Assembly (NCBI RefSeq): GCF_000011125.1
Contig: NC_000854.2
Span: 1,590,001 to 1,622,000 of the forward strand
From: Aeropyrum pernix K1
Lineage (GTDB): Archaea > Thermoproteota > Thermoprotei_A > Sulfolobales > Acidilobaceae
Length of the DNA stretch: 32,000 bases
Direction of reading: 5' to 3'
Shown here piece by piece: positions 8,726-16,692 of this stretch (position 1 is its first letter; every line of letters begins with the position of its first letter). The translations under genes and the position numbers were made by a program. The notes beneath the pieces were generated by a model. It was not told the origin of the DNA. It was given only the letters and a program-made list of their open reading frames with translations, and searched no databases.

Positions 8726-8853
8726 TAAGTATGGTGTACAGGGAATTACTGGAGAGTACTATAAGACTTGTGAGCAGGCACAGGATGAGGGCTTGGTGGC
8801 TCGTACGTGGAATACTCCAGGCTAGGCAAGACAGGTAACAGGTATTAAGGTAT

Positions 8854-8890
8854 CACGTGGATCTCTGCGTCCTCTAGATCGATCGAATTC
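8854..8890. other. Cluster of overlapping palindromic hexamers/octamers (polylinker-like)
   Basis: CACGTG 8854-8859. Then 8873-8890 'tctagatcgatcgaattc' is tiled by TCTAGA, GATCGATC (includes ATCGAT), TCGATCGA (includes CGATCG) and GAATTC. Confidence 0.6.
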
Positions 8891-9131
8891 CCCGATGACA
8901 TCGCCTGGATACCATGAGTACACCTTAACTTCAACCTCGCCCCTACCTCCTAGCCCTCTCCACTAGCAATTGCGGATGGTAGAAGTCTTCATCTAATCAT
9001 GACGTTTCCAGGGTCGCCGTAGTCCTCTATACTTCTCGTCTCAACTAGATCCACCACTCCGAAGAGTATATCACTAAGAGCTTCTGTTTTCTGCCTGGCA
9101 ACTGTGTATGCACCGTTATCTAGCCAGGAGG

Positions 9132-9845
9132 CTATAGCCTGCTAAATATTGTTCCGGCCTTGAAGCCCGCCTCCCTGATCCCAAGAGTCTTCAGTGCCAT
9201 CCACATAGACGCAGTGTTACTGGAGACTACAGGCAACCCCGTATCCCTCTCCAGGAGCCCGATTACTTCGACTGTCCTGAGGTTTGTGCAGCTTATGAAG
9301 ATCGCGTCAGCCCCTTCTATCGACAGGGATCTAGCAAGCCTGTAAACCCTCCAAGGCGGCACCCTGCCTATATCCAGGTTTCCTAGTAGGCCTAGGGACT
9401 TGAAGTCTACTATATCGAAGCCGTGGTGTCTAAGGAACTCCTCCTCCCTCTTATTAACTTCTTCTATGTACGGTGTTGCAACTGCTATCCTGGAAGCCCC
9501 CAGGGCTTTGAGGGCCTCAACAACCGCTGTAGCCGTGGTTACAACCTGCACGCCTGAGGCACTGCTTAGCTTGTCCGCAATCTTTAAGTCGTACCCAGGG
9601 CCTCCTATGAGGCTGCCAGTAGTACACCCATAGACTATTAAGTCGACGCCCGCAGTTGCTAGCTTCTCCGCCTCAATAGCCGAGTACTCCTCCATCTTAA
9701 GGAGTTCTTCAACGCTAACTTTTTCTAAGGGGACCCTACCCGTATGTATGGACACACCCTCGGGGGCCATCATCCACATTTCAGGCTCCATGGTAGTGTT
9801 TGAAGATGGCACTATAAGACCTATCCTAGCCCTCCACCCATACAT
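9132..9845 (-). CDS. Asp/Glu/hydantoin-racemase superfamily protein, maleate isomerase / arylmalonate decarboxylase (Amdase) family
   Basis: I place the start at the internal ATG 9845-9843, giving 237 aa: 'MYGWRARIGLIVPSSNTTMEPE...' is the family N-terminus. Two candidate catalytic Cys lie in 'VYGCTTGS' and 'FISCTNLRT'. The longer track ORF (to 9950) runs through the A/T-rich promoter region and overlaps livK. Confidence 0.85.
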   Translation of the reverse strand: MYGWRARIGLIVPSSNTTMEPEMWMMAPEGVSIHTGRVPLEKVSVEELLKMEEYSAIEAEKLATAGVDLIVYGCTTGSLIGGPGYDLKIADKLSSASGVQVVTTATAVVEALKALGASRIAVATPYIEEVNKREEEFLRHHGFDIVDFKSLGLLGNLDIGRVPPWRVYRLARSLSIEGADAIFISCTNLRTVEVIGLLERDTGLPVVSSNTASMWMALKTLGIREAGFKAGTIFSRL

Positions 9846-9940
9846 AACAGTAGACCCCCAACATTTCACCGTTAATGTTAGGGGAGCACGATAAATATAA
9901 GTGGGTCTCTCGTTACATCTATTATAAATTTGGAAATTAG
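9846..9940. promoter_or_regulatory. Divergent promoter region with two TATA-like boxes
   Basis: 95-nt gap between the divergent starts. Contains 'ataaatataa' (9891-9900) and 'ttataaat' (9922-9929). Confidence 0.4.
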
Positions 9941-11233
9941 GTGGGATCATTGTCTCAGTCTCGAAACCTCGCTCTAGCTGCCATAGTAGTCCTAGTGATT
10001 GTAATAGTGGCGGCGGTGGCGTTCCTCCGAGGCGGCGGTGGCGAGGTATCTGAGATCAAAATTGGTGTCATACTACCGTTAAGCGGCAGACTAGCCGAAA
10101 CGGGAGCAGACCTTAGGAGGGGTATAGAGTTTGCAGTCGATGAGATCAACAGCCAGGGTGGAGTGAAGGCTTGTGGAGGAGCTAAATTAACAGTCGTATA
10201 CGGGGATAGCGCTGGGAAGCCCGAGACAGGGGCTGCGGAGGCTGAGAGGCTGATATCCCAGGAGGGCGTGATTGCCCTGGTTGGCGCCTACCAGAGCAGC
10301 GTTACTAAGACTGCCAGCGAGGTGGCAGAGAGGTATCAAGTACCATTCATCAACCCAGATTCAACGTCGCCTGCACTCACTGAGAGGGGGTATAAGTGGT
10401 TCTTCAGGGTGACTCCTCACGATGAAATGTTCGCGGCACAACAGGCGGATTTTATAGACTGGCTAAACCAGAAATATGGATTGAACCTTAGGACATTCGC
10501 TATAATACACGAGGATACAGAGTGGGGCAGTAAAGTGGCTGAGGCATGGAAGAAATACTTCACGCAGCACGGCTACACGCTCGTTGAAGAGGTTAGCTAT
10601 CACGCGGCGACAGTCACAAGCCTCGACTCTGAGGTTCAGAAGCTTAAGGCGGCCAACCCCGACATCCTACTGGCGGCCTCATACATACAAGATGCTATAT
10701 TACTGGTACAGACAATGAAGGCTCAGAACTTCGCTCCCAAGGTTGTACTTGCCCAAGACGCCGGCTTCATAAATCCAAGCTATGTAAGCCAGGTGGGCAA
10801 GGACGGGTGGTACATATTCTCGAGGGAGGTGTTCAGCCCAGATCTAATAGATAAGATTCCCCGGTTAAAGGAGGTCAACGACAGGTATAAGAAGAAATAC
10901 GGGGTTGACTTAAACGGGAACTCCGCCAGAGACTACACAGGGATATGGGTCCTCTACTACGCCCTAGAGGATGCGTGCAAGAAAGCCTCACCATCAAACC
11001 CCGAGGAGTTCAGGAGGGCGCTGAGAGATTCGCTAGTGAATCTACAGCTCTCGCCAGACCAGATAATAATGCCTTGGAAAGGCGTTAAATTTGACGAGAA
11101 GGGGCAGAACATACTGGGGCAGGGATTGATAGTCCAGATGTTCGAAGACGGAAAATACCATGTAGTCTATCCAGAGGATTTCGCCGTTAGAGAACCTGTA
11201 GTCCCATTCCCTCCATGGAGCCAGAGGGGTTAA
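9941..11233 (+). CDS. livK: Branched-chain-amino-acid-type (PBP type 1, Leu/Ile/Val-binding family) ABC substrate-binding protein, membrane anchored
   Basis: 430 aa. N-terminal TM anchor 'LALAAIVVLVIVIVAAVAFL', then 'IKIGVILPLSGRLAETGADLRRGIEFAVDEINSQGG', typical of LivJ/K-like binding proteins. GTG start. The symbol is family-level only. Confidence 0.85.
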   Translation: MGSLSQSRNLALAAIVVLVIVIVAAVAFLRGGGGEVSEIKIGVILPLSGRLAETGADLRRGIEFAVDEINSQGGVKACGGAKLTVVYGDSAGKPETGAAEAERLISQEGVIALVGAYQSSVTKTASEVAERYQVPFINPDSTSPALTERGYKWFFRVTPHDEMFAAQQADFIDWLNQKYGLNLRTFAIIHEDTEWGSKVAEAWKKYFTQHGYTLVEEVSYHAATVTSLDSEVQKLKAANPDILLAASYIQDAILLVQTMKAQNFAPKVVLAQDAGFINPSYVSQVGKDGWYIFSREVFSPDLIDKIPRLKEVNDRYKKKYGVDLNGNSARDYTGIWVLYYALEDACKKASPSNPEEFRRALRDSLVNLQLSPDQIIMPWKGVKFDEKGQNILGQGLIVQMFEDGKYHVVYPEDFAVREPVVPFPPWSQRG

Positions 11234-11273
11234 CCGCCTATATCAGTGCTAGGCCTTATTAGTCATTCCCACA

Positions 11274-11282
11274 TTTGTTTTT
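11274..11282 (+). terminator. Oligo-T tract 'tttgttttt' after the binding-protein gene (possible partial terminator)
   Basis: It lies in the only sizeable gap (96 nt) of the operon, 41 nt after the livK stop. Archaeal RNAP terminates at oligo-T. Confidence 0.3.
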
Positions 11283-11329
11283 CCCCGATCCTCTAGAGTT
11301 GTATAGTGTGGGTTAATGGTGTGTAGAGA

Positions 11330-12199
11330 TTGGAAGCTGAGGCTGTAACGTCAGCTATAGTCGATGGGTTACTCATCGGAGGAGCCTATGCCCTCGTAGC
11401 GATGGGTCTTGCCATGATCTGGGGCGTTATGGAGATCATTAACTTCGCGCATGGCGATTTTATGATGCTTGGAGCTCTGGCAGCCTACTATGCGTTCACG
11501 CTAATGGGGTTAGACCCCTTGGCTGGTGGTGTATTAGCGTTTGTAATGGTGTTCGCACTGGGTGTGGGGGTGCAGCGCGGCGTTATAAATAGGATATTAG
11601 ATGCTCCGTTATTGACGCAGATAGCCGCTACATTCGCTGTCCTCCTTATAATACGGTATGGGGTGCAGGCTGTCCTGGGCCCCTACACTAGGAGGCTTGT
11701 CACGTGGTATCAGGACTATTACGTGGGGCTGGGATTCACTACTGTACCCCTCTCTAAGCTTCTTATATTCCTGGTATCACTCGTCATATTGGCCCTACTA
11801 TATATATTGCTGAACAGGACTGACATGGGGATAGCCATTAGGGCTACATCACAGAATAGGATGGTGGCGCAGCTGATGGGAATAAATGTATCTAGGGTTT
11901 ACGACGTAACCTTCGGGATTGGTGTCGGTGTAGCTGCAGTAGGGGGCGCCCTGGTAGCGTTGTTCTACCCAATATTCCCTGAGATGGGGGGATTCTTCGC
12001 GTTAATAGCATTTATAGCGGTCGTCCTCGGAGGCTTTGGCAACGTGTATGGAGCCTATGTGGGAGGTTTGATTATAGGCGTTACGGAGAGTGTTAGCGCG
12101 TTATTTATAGAGCCCGCATTGAAGGATGTAGTAGCCTTCCTACTATTCATACTCATCATAATGATTAAGCCGACAGGATTATTTGGTAGGGGTGAATGA
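11330..12199 (+). CDS. livH: Branched-chain amino acid ABC transporter permease (LivH type)
   Basis: 289 aa. 'VDGLLIGGAYALVAMGLAMIWGVMEIINFAHGDFMMLGA' is the LivH signature N-terminus. TTG start. Confidence 0.9.
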   Translation: MEAEAVTSAIVDGLLIGGAYALVAMGLAMIWGVMEIINFAHGDFMMLGALAAYYAFTLMGLDPLAGGVLAFVMVFALGVGVQRGVINRILDAPLLTQIAATFAVLLIIRYGVQAVLGPYTRRLVTWYQDYYVGLGFTTVPLSKLLIFLVSLVILALLYILLNRTDMGIAIRATSQNRMVAQLMGINVSRVYDVTFGIGVGVAAVGGALVALFYPIFPEMGGFFALIAFIAVVLGGFGNVYGAYVGGLIIGVTESVSALFIEPALKDVVAFLLFILIIMIKPTGLFGRGE

Positions 12200-13194
12200 T
12201 GTTGAGCGGTACAGCCGCGGCTAGTGTAAAGGAATTCGCAAGGTATTATCTGTATGGGGCTGCGATGATCCTAGCGGTAGCACCCGTCCTCCTCGACCTA
12301 GCGGGTAAGCCCTTCTACGTTAACATGATATTCCTATCATTAATGTATGGTATTTCAGCCATGGCATGGAATCTCCTCATGGGATACACGGGCCTATTCA
12401 GCCTGGGCCATGCAGTATTCTTCGGGGTAGGGGGATATACAGTTATAGTACTCGCTTTAAGGTACAATGTGACCCCCTGGATAGGTCTCCCAGTAGCTGG
12501 GCTAACAGCAGCCATGCTAGCCGCCGCGCTTAGCCCCCCGCTCCTGAGGCTGCGTAGCCACTGGTTCACCCTGGCCACTATAGCTTTGGGCGAGATATTC
12601 AGGCTTTCATTCGCCCATTGGGATTATGTGGGTGCATCTGCTGGCCTGCAGATGCCGATAAGCGAGAGGAGTATATACTATGTCCAGTTCGCCGGGGCTA
12701 CTGTGTACTCCTATATAGCAATGGCTATACTGGCGGTGGAGCTCCTATTCCTCTGGAAGATCATCAACTCAAAGACGGGCTTCTACATGCAGACCATAAG
12801 GGAGGACGAGCTTGTAGCTCAGACCCTAGGCATCAACACATTCAACTACAAGGCCCTTTCCCTCGTAATAAGCGCTTTCTTCACCGGCCTCGCCGGGGGG
12901 TTATACGCTATGAGGTTTAGATATGTCGATCCCTTCGCCGTATTCGACTTGATAACGATCTCTACATACATAGCGATAGCTGGCATAATAGGGGGTATAT
13001 ACACGTTCCTCGGCCCCCAAGTCGGCTCATTCATATTCGTCCCCATATCGGAGTATGTCAGGGCTAACATAGTCCAGGCGTTTCCCCGTGTCTACGGGCT
13101 CCACGTAGCCGTGCTGGGCGTGATACTACTCCTGATCTCCCTCTTCGCCCCCGAAGGGGTGCTGGGCTATATTAGGAGGAGGTGGAAGAGGTGA
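12196..13194 (+). CDS. livM: Branched-chain amino acid ABC transporter permease (LivM type)
   Basis: 332 aa polytopic protein. 'NLLMGYTGLFSLGHAVFFGVGGY' motif. ATGA overlap with livH. Confidence 0.9.
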   Translation: MMLSGTAAASVKEFARYYLYGAAMILAVAPVLLDLAGKPFYVNMIFLSLMYGISAMAWNLLMGYTGLFSLGHAVFFGVGGYTVIVLALRYNVTPWIGLPVAGLTAAMLAAALSPPLLRLRSHWFTLATIALGEIFRLSFAHWDYVGASAGLQMPISERSIYYVQFAGATVYSYIAMAILAVELLFLWKIINSKTGFYMQTIREDELVAQTLGINTFNYKALSLVISAFFTGLAGGLYAMRFRYVDPFAVFDLITISTYIAIAGIIGGIYTFLGPQVGSFIFVPISEYVRANIVQAFPRVYGLHVAVLGVILLLISLFAPEGVLGYIRRRWKR

Positions 13195-13910
13195 CGATTA
13201 TACTCGACGTTAGGGATGTATATAAGAGGTTCGGGGGCATTGAGGCGCTTAAGGGTGTAAGCTTCTCTGTGAGGCGGGGGGAGAGGGTTGGGCTGATAGG
13301 CCCCAATGGCGCTGGCAAGACCACCCTCTTCAACATTATATCAGGCATTTACATGCCTGACAGGGGGAGGGTTATATATAAGGGGGTGGATATAACTGGG
13401 TGGCCGGCGTATAGGAGGAGTAGGGCTGGTATCGCTAGGACCTTCCAGATCGTAAGGCCCCTGGCCAACCTCACGGTGTTGAATAATGTTATAGTAGGCG
13501 CCTTACTCAGAACTAACGACATAAGGGAGGCTAGGGAGAGGGCTATGGAGGCTATAGATATGGTAGGGCTTGCGGGGAAGGAGGATATACTGGCGAAGGA
13601 TCTAAACTTGATTGAGAAGAAGAGGCTTGAGCTAGCCAGAGCATTAGCTACACAGCCGGAGCTGCTACTCTTAGACGAAATAGCCGCTGGCCTCAGGCCA
13701 AGGGAGGTTGACGACCTTGTATACACCTTACTGGAGATATCTAAGAGGGGTATAACCATTATCATGGTGGAGCATGTCATGAGGGCTGTCATGAACTTCG
13801 CCGAGAGAGTCATAGTTCTCCATTTCGGGGAGAAGATAGCTGAGGGAACGCCCAGGGAGGTCGCCAGCAACAAGCTTGTAATAGAGGCTTACATGGGCAC
13901 TGGTGGTTAG
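13182..13910 (+). CDS. livG: Branched-chain amino acid ABC transporter ATP-binding protein (LivG type)
   Basis: 242 aa. Walker A 'GPNGAGKTT', 'LIEKKRLELARAL', Walker B 'LLLDEIAAGL'. GTG at 13182, or GTG at 13191 which would give a GTGA overlap with livM. Confidence 0.9.
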   Translation: MEEVTIILDVRDVYKRFGGIEALKGVSFSVRRGERVGLIGPNGAGKTTLFNIISGIYMPDRGRVIYKGVDITGWPAYRRSRAGIARTFQIVRPLANLTVLNNVIVGALLRTNDIREARERAMEAIDMVGLAGKEDILAKDLNLIEKKRLELARALATQPELLLLDEIAAGLRPREVDDLVYTLLEISKRGITIIMVEHVMRAVMNFAERVIVLHFGEKIAEGTPREVASNKLVIEAYMGTGG

Positions 13911-14632
13911 TGATGGCTGAGCCCCTCCTAGAGGTTAAATCCATAGACGTATACTATGGCGAGTTCCAGGCACTCTTCGGCGTTAGCCTTAGGGTTTATA
14001 AGGGGGAAATAGTGGCTTTACTGGGGGGTAATGGCGCTGGGAAGACCACCACCCTCCTCACGATATCAGGCCTCCTAAAGCCCAGAAACGGCTCTATAAT
14101 ATGGCAGGGTAGGGATATAACGGGGCTACCAGCATTCAAGAGGGTTGAGGAGGGCATATCCCATGTACCCGAGGGCAGGGGCATATTCCCCAGACTGACA
14201 GTCTATGAGAACCTAAGAGTAGCGGCGTCAACCAGAAGGGCTAAAGAGCACTTCCAGGATTCCCTAGAACAGGTCTACACCATATTCCCTATACTAAAGG
14301 CTAGGCGCAGCCAGCTGGCAGGCACCCTGAGTGGGGGAGAGCAGCAGATGCTTGCAATAGCCAGGGCACTTATCCAGAGGCCTATTCTCCTAATGATGGA
14401 CGAGCCCAGCCTAGGGCTGGCACCCAAGCTAGCTAGGGATGTTATATACCTTGCATCTAGGCTGAGGGAGGAGCTGGGGGTGACGATACTGCTTGTGGAG
14501 CAGAACGTCGGCTTATCACTTAAGGTGGCCGATAGGGGGTATGTAATGGAGACTGGCAGGATAGTGCTTGAAGGTGCCTCCGACGAGCTGGCGCTAGATC
14601 CCCGCATTAAAGCTGCCTATCTAGGCTTGTGA
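13910..14632 (+). CDS. livF: Branched-chain amino acid ABC transporter ATP-binding protein (LivF type)
   Basis: 240 aa. Walker A 'GGNGAGKTT', signature 'LSGGEQQMLAIARAL', Walker B 'LMMDEPSLGLAP'. GTG at 13910 is immediately followed by ATG at 13913. Confidence 0.9.
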   Translation: MMAEPLLEVKSIDVYYGEFQALFGVSLRVYKGEIVALLGGNGAGKTTTLLTISGLLKPRNGSIIWQGRDITGLPAFKRVEEGISHVPEGRGIFPRLTVYENLRVAASTRRAKEHFQDSLEQVYTIFPILKARRSQLAGTLSGGEQQMLAIARALIQRPILLMMDEPSLGLAPKLARDVIYLASRLREELGVTILLVEQNVGLSLKVADRGYVMETGRIVLEGASDELALDPRIKAAYLGL

Positions 14633-16692
14633 GGTGTCCATGGTTGATTAGGGTTGGCGTCGATATAGGGGGAACGTTCACGGACCTCATAGTATTCGAC
14701 GAGGGTAGCGGCCGGTTGGAGTCGCTCAAGGTCCTGACAACGCCTAGGGAGCCGTGGGTCGGGGTTATCAGGGCTTTAGAGGAGGCAAGTGTTGATATTG
14801 AAGGGGTTGACGTCGTCATACACGCGACGACGCTCGGCACCAACATGTTCCTGGGGCAAGAGGGCCTCGAACCCCCCAGTGCAGTGCTTATAACTAACAG
14901 GGGCTTCAGAGACGTCTTGGAGATCGGGCGGCAGAACCGCCCAGAGCTCTACAACCTATATTTCACAAGGCCTAAACCCCTCGTACCGAGAGATAGGAGG
15001 CTGGTGGTTAAGGGTAGGATAGACGCCCGGGGTAACGTGGTGGAGGATATAGACCGGGGTGAGGTGGCACGTCTAGCCAAAGAGTGGTGCGGGAGAGCGG
15101 ATGTATTCATAGTGTCTATGCTTAACAGCCACATAAACCCCGTCCACGAGGATGAGATAGGGAGTATTATAACACGCGAGTGCCCTGGAGCCATTGTAGT
15201 AGAGGGGGCCAGAATAGACCCTCAGGAGAAGGAGTACGAGAGAACTAGTACGGCAGTCGTCAACGGGCTCCTCAAACCAATACTCTCAAAATACCTGAAG
15301 AGACTCAAGAGCGATCTCGAGGGGAGGGGCTTCAAGGGGATACTCTTATTGATGCAGAGCAGCGGTGGCGTGTCGACGGTGGACTATGCTGTCGAGAGGC
15401 CGGCGGCATTCATAGAGAGCGGCCCAGCCGCCGGGGCTATAGCGGTATCGTACTACGCTACGATGCAGGGGGTGGGAAGGGCTATAGGGTTCGATATGGG
15501 AGGTACAACCGCGAAGGCTTCGAGCATAATAGACGGAGAGCCCCTGGTAGTTAGAGAGTATGAGGTCGGGGCCAAGGTTCATATGGGCAGGCCGCTGAGG
15601 GGCTCCGGCTACCCTGTTAGGTACCCCTACATAGATCTTGTGGAGGTGAGTGCTGGGGGAGGGACGATCGCATGGGTAGACCCTGGAGGGGCAGTTAGAG
15701 TAGGTCCTGTTAGTGCAGGTGCAGATCCTGGGCCGGCGTGCTACGGGCTGGGAGGGGATAAGCCGACTTTAACCGATGCAAATCTAGTCCTTGGCAGGCT
15801 GCCTGAAGCCTTGGCGTGGGGTAGGATTAAGCTCTACAGGGATCTAGCTGTGAGGGCGCTGGCGTCCATAGCTGATAAGGCTGGGCTTGAGGTGGACGAG
15901 GCTGCCTGGGCTGTGATTAGGATAGCTAATACGGTGATGGGGAAGGCCCTTAGGCTAGTTACTGTAGAGAGGGGATATGACCCTAGGGAGTTCACGCTCT
16001 ACGCCTTCGGCGGCGCAGGCCCTCTACACGCCGCGGAGATAGGGGAGGAGCTGAGTGTCAGTCGTGTGGTAATCCCACCCTACCCAGGCGTTTTCTCATC
16101 CCTCGGACTGCTTGTGGCCGACTATAGGCATGACTACTACAGGTCTATAATGAGGAGCGCCTATGACCCGGAGACCCAGGATGCTGTGGAGGAGGCTTTC
16201 AAGGGGCTCGAGGAGGAGGCGATTAAGACGTTGAGGTCAGAGGGATTCAGCGATGAGAACATAAGGCTTGTGAGAACGCTCGACATGAGGTATAGGGGAC
16301 AGGCGTATGACTTATCCATACCCTACAGAGGCTCTGTAGAGGGATCTGCAAGATCTTTCGAGGAGGTGCATGAGGGTAGGTATGGCCATAGGCTTCCAGG
16401 GGAGGATGTCGTTGTAGTGAATGTGAGATTATCAGCCGTGGGTGTTACATCCAAACCCCGCCTACCCCGCGGAGAGGTCGTGGAGGGGAGGGCCGAGCCA
16501 CGCGGTTATAGGAGGGTATACTTCAAGGGCGGCTGGCTGGAGACCCCCATATATTGGAGGGGGGATCTACGGCCTGGAGCCTCTGGCAACGGCCCTGCCG
16601 TTGTCGAAAGCCCCGACAGCACCATAGTAGTTCCACCTGGCTACCGGTTTAGGGTGGAAGGGGACTACTCGGTTGTCATGGAGAGGTGGTGA
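14629..16692 (+). CDS. hyuA: Hydantoinase A / N-methylhydantoinase A / oxoprolinase-family ATP-dependent hydrolase, alpha component
   Basis: 687 aa. N-terminal ASKHA-type 'RVGVDIGGTFTDLIV' and a second phosphate motif 'AIGFDMGGTTAKAS'. GTGA overlap with livF. Confidence 0.9.
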   Translation: MRCPWLIRVGVDIGGTFTDLIVFDEGSGRLESLKVLTTPREPWVGVIRALEEASVDIEGVDVVIHATTLGTNMFLGQEGLEPPSAVLITNRGFRDVLEIGRQNRPELYNLYFTRPKPLVPRDRRLVVKGRIDARGNVVEDIDRGEVARLAKEWCGRADVFIVSMLNSHINPVHEDEIGSIITRECPGAIVVEGARIDPQEKEYERTSTAVVNGLLKPILSKYLKRLKSDLEGRGFKGILLLMQSSGGVSTVDYAVERPAAFIESGPAAGAIAVSYYATMQGVGRAIGFDMGGTTAKASSIIDGEPLVVREYEVGAKVHMGRPLRGSGYPVRYPYIDLVEVSAGGGTIAWVDPGGAVRVGPVSAGADPGPACYGLGGDKPTLTDANLVLGRLPEALAWGRIKLYRDLAVRALASIADKAGLEVDEAAWAVIRIANTVMGKALRLVTVERGYDPREFTLYAFGGAGPLHAAEIGEELSVSRVVIPPYPGVFSSLGLLVADYRHDYYRSIMRSAYDPETQDAVEEAFKGLEEEAIKTLRSEGFSDENIRLVRTLDMRYRGQAYDLSIPYRGSVEGSARSFEEVHEGRYGHRLPGEDVVVVNVRLSAVGVTSKPRLPRGEVVEGRAEPRGYRRVYFKGGWLETPIYWRGDLRPGASGNGPAVVESPDSTIVVPPGYRFRVEGDYSVVMERW

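Noticed and set aside
8822-9141. Three 17-50-codon open stretches in three minus-strand frames, considered as fragments of a frameshifted pseudogene
   Set aside because: These lengths are within chance expectation for this GC content. None has a start codon or recognisable motif, and I could not link the fragments into a coherent protein.
9846-9950. 35-codon N-terminal extension of the isomerase ORF (track start at 9950)
   Set aside because: The extension translates the A/T-rich divergent promoter ('MIPPNFQIYNRCNERPTYIY...') and overlaps the livK start. The family-typical N-terminus begins at the ATG at 9845.
10009-10043. 13-nt direct repeat 'ggcggcggtggcg' at 10009-10021 and 10031-10043
   Set aside because: It is a low-complexity GC-rich repeat inside the livK anchor/linker region. 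The two copies are read in different frames (VAAVA against GGGGE). It is most simply codon-level low complexity, not a functional repeat.
13349-13873. 174-aa ORF antisense to livG
   Set aside because: It is fully embedded opposite a gene with perfect Walker A/B and signature motifs. Its product is Ser/Leu/Ala-rich and low in complexity, as expected for the mirror frame of a GC-rich gene.
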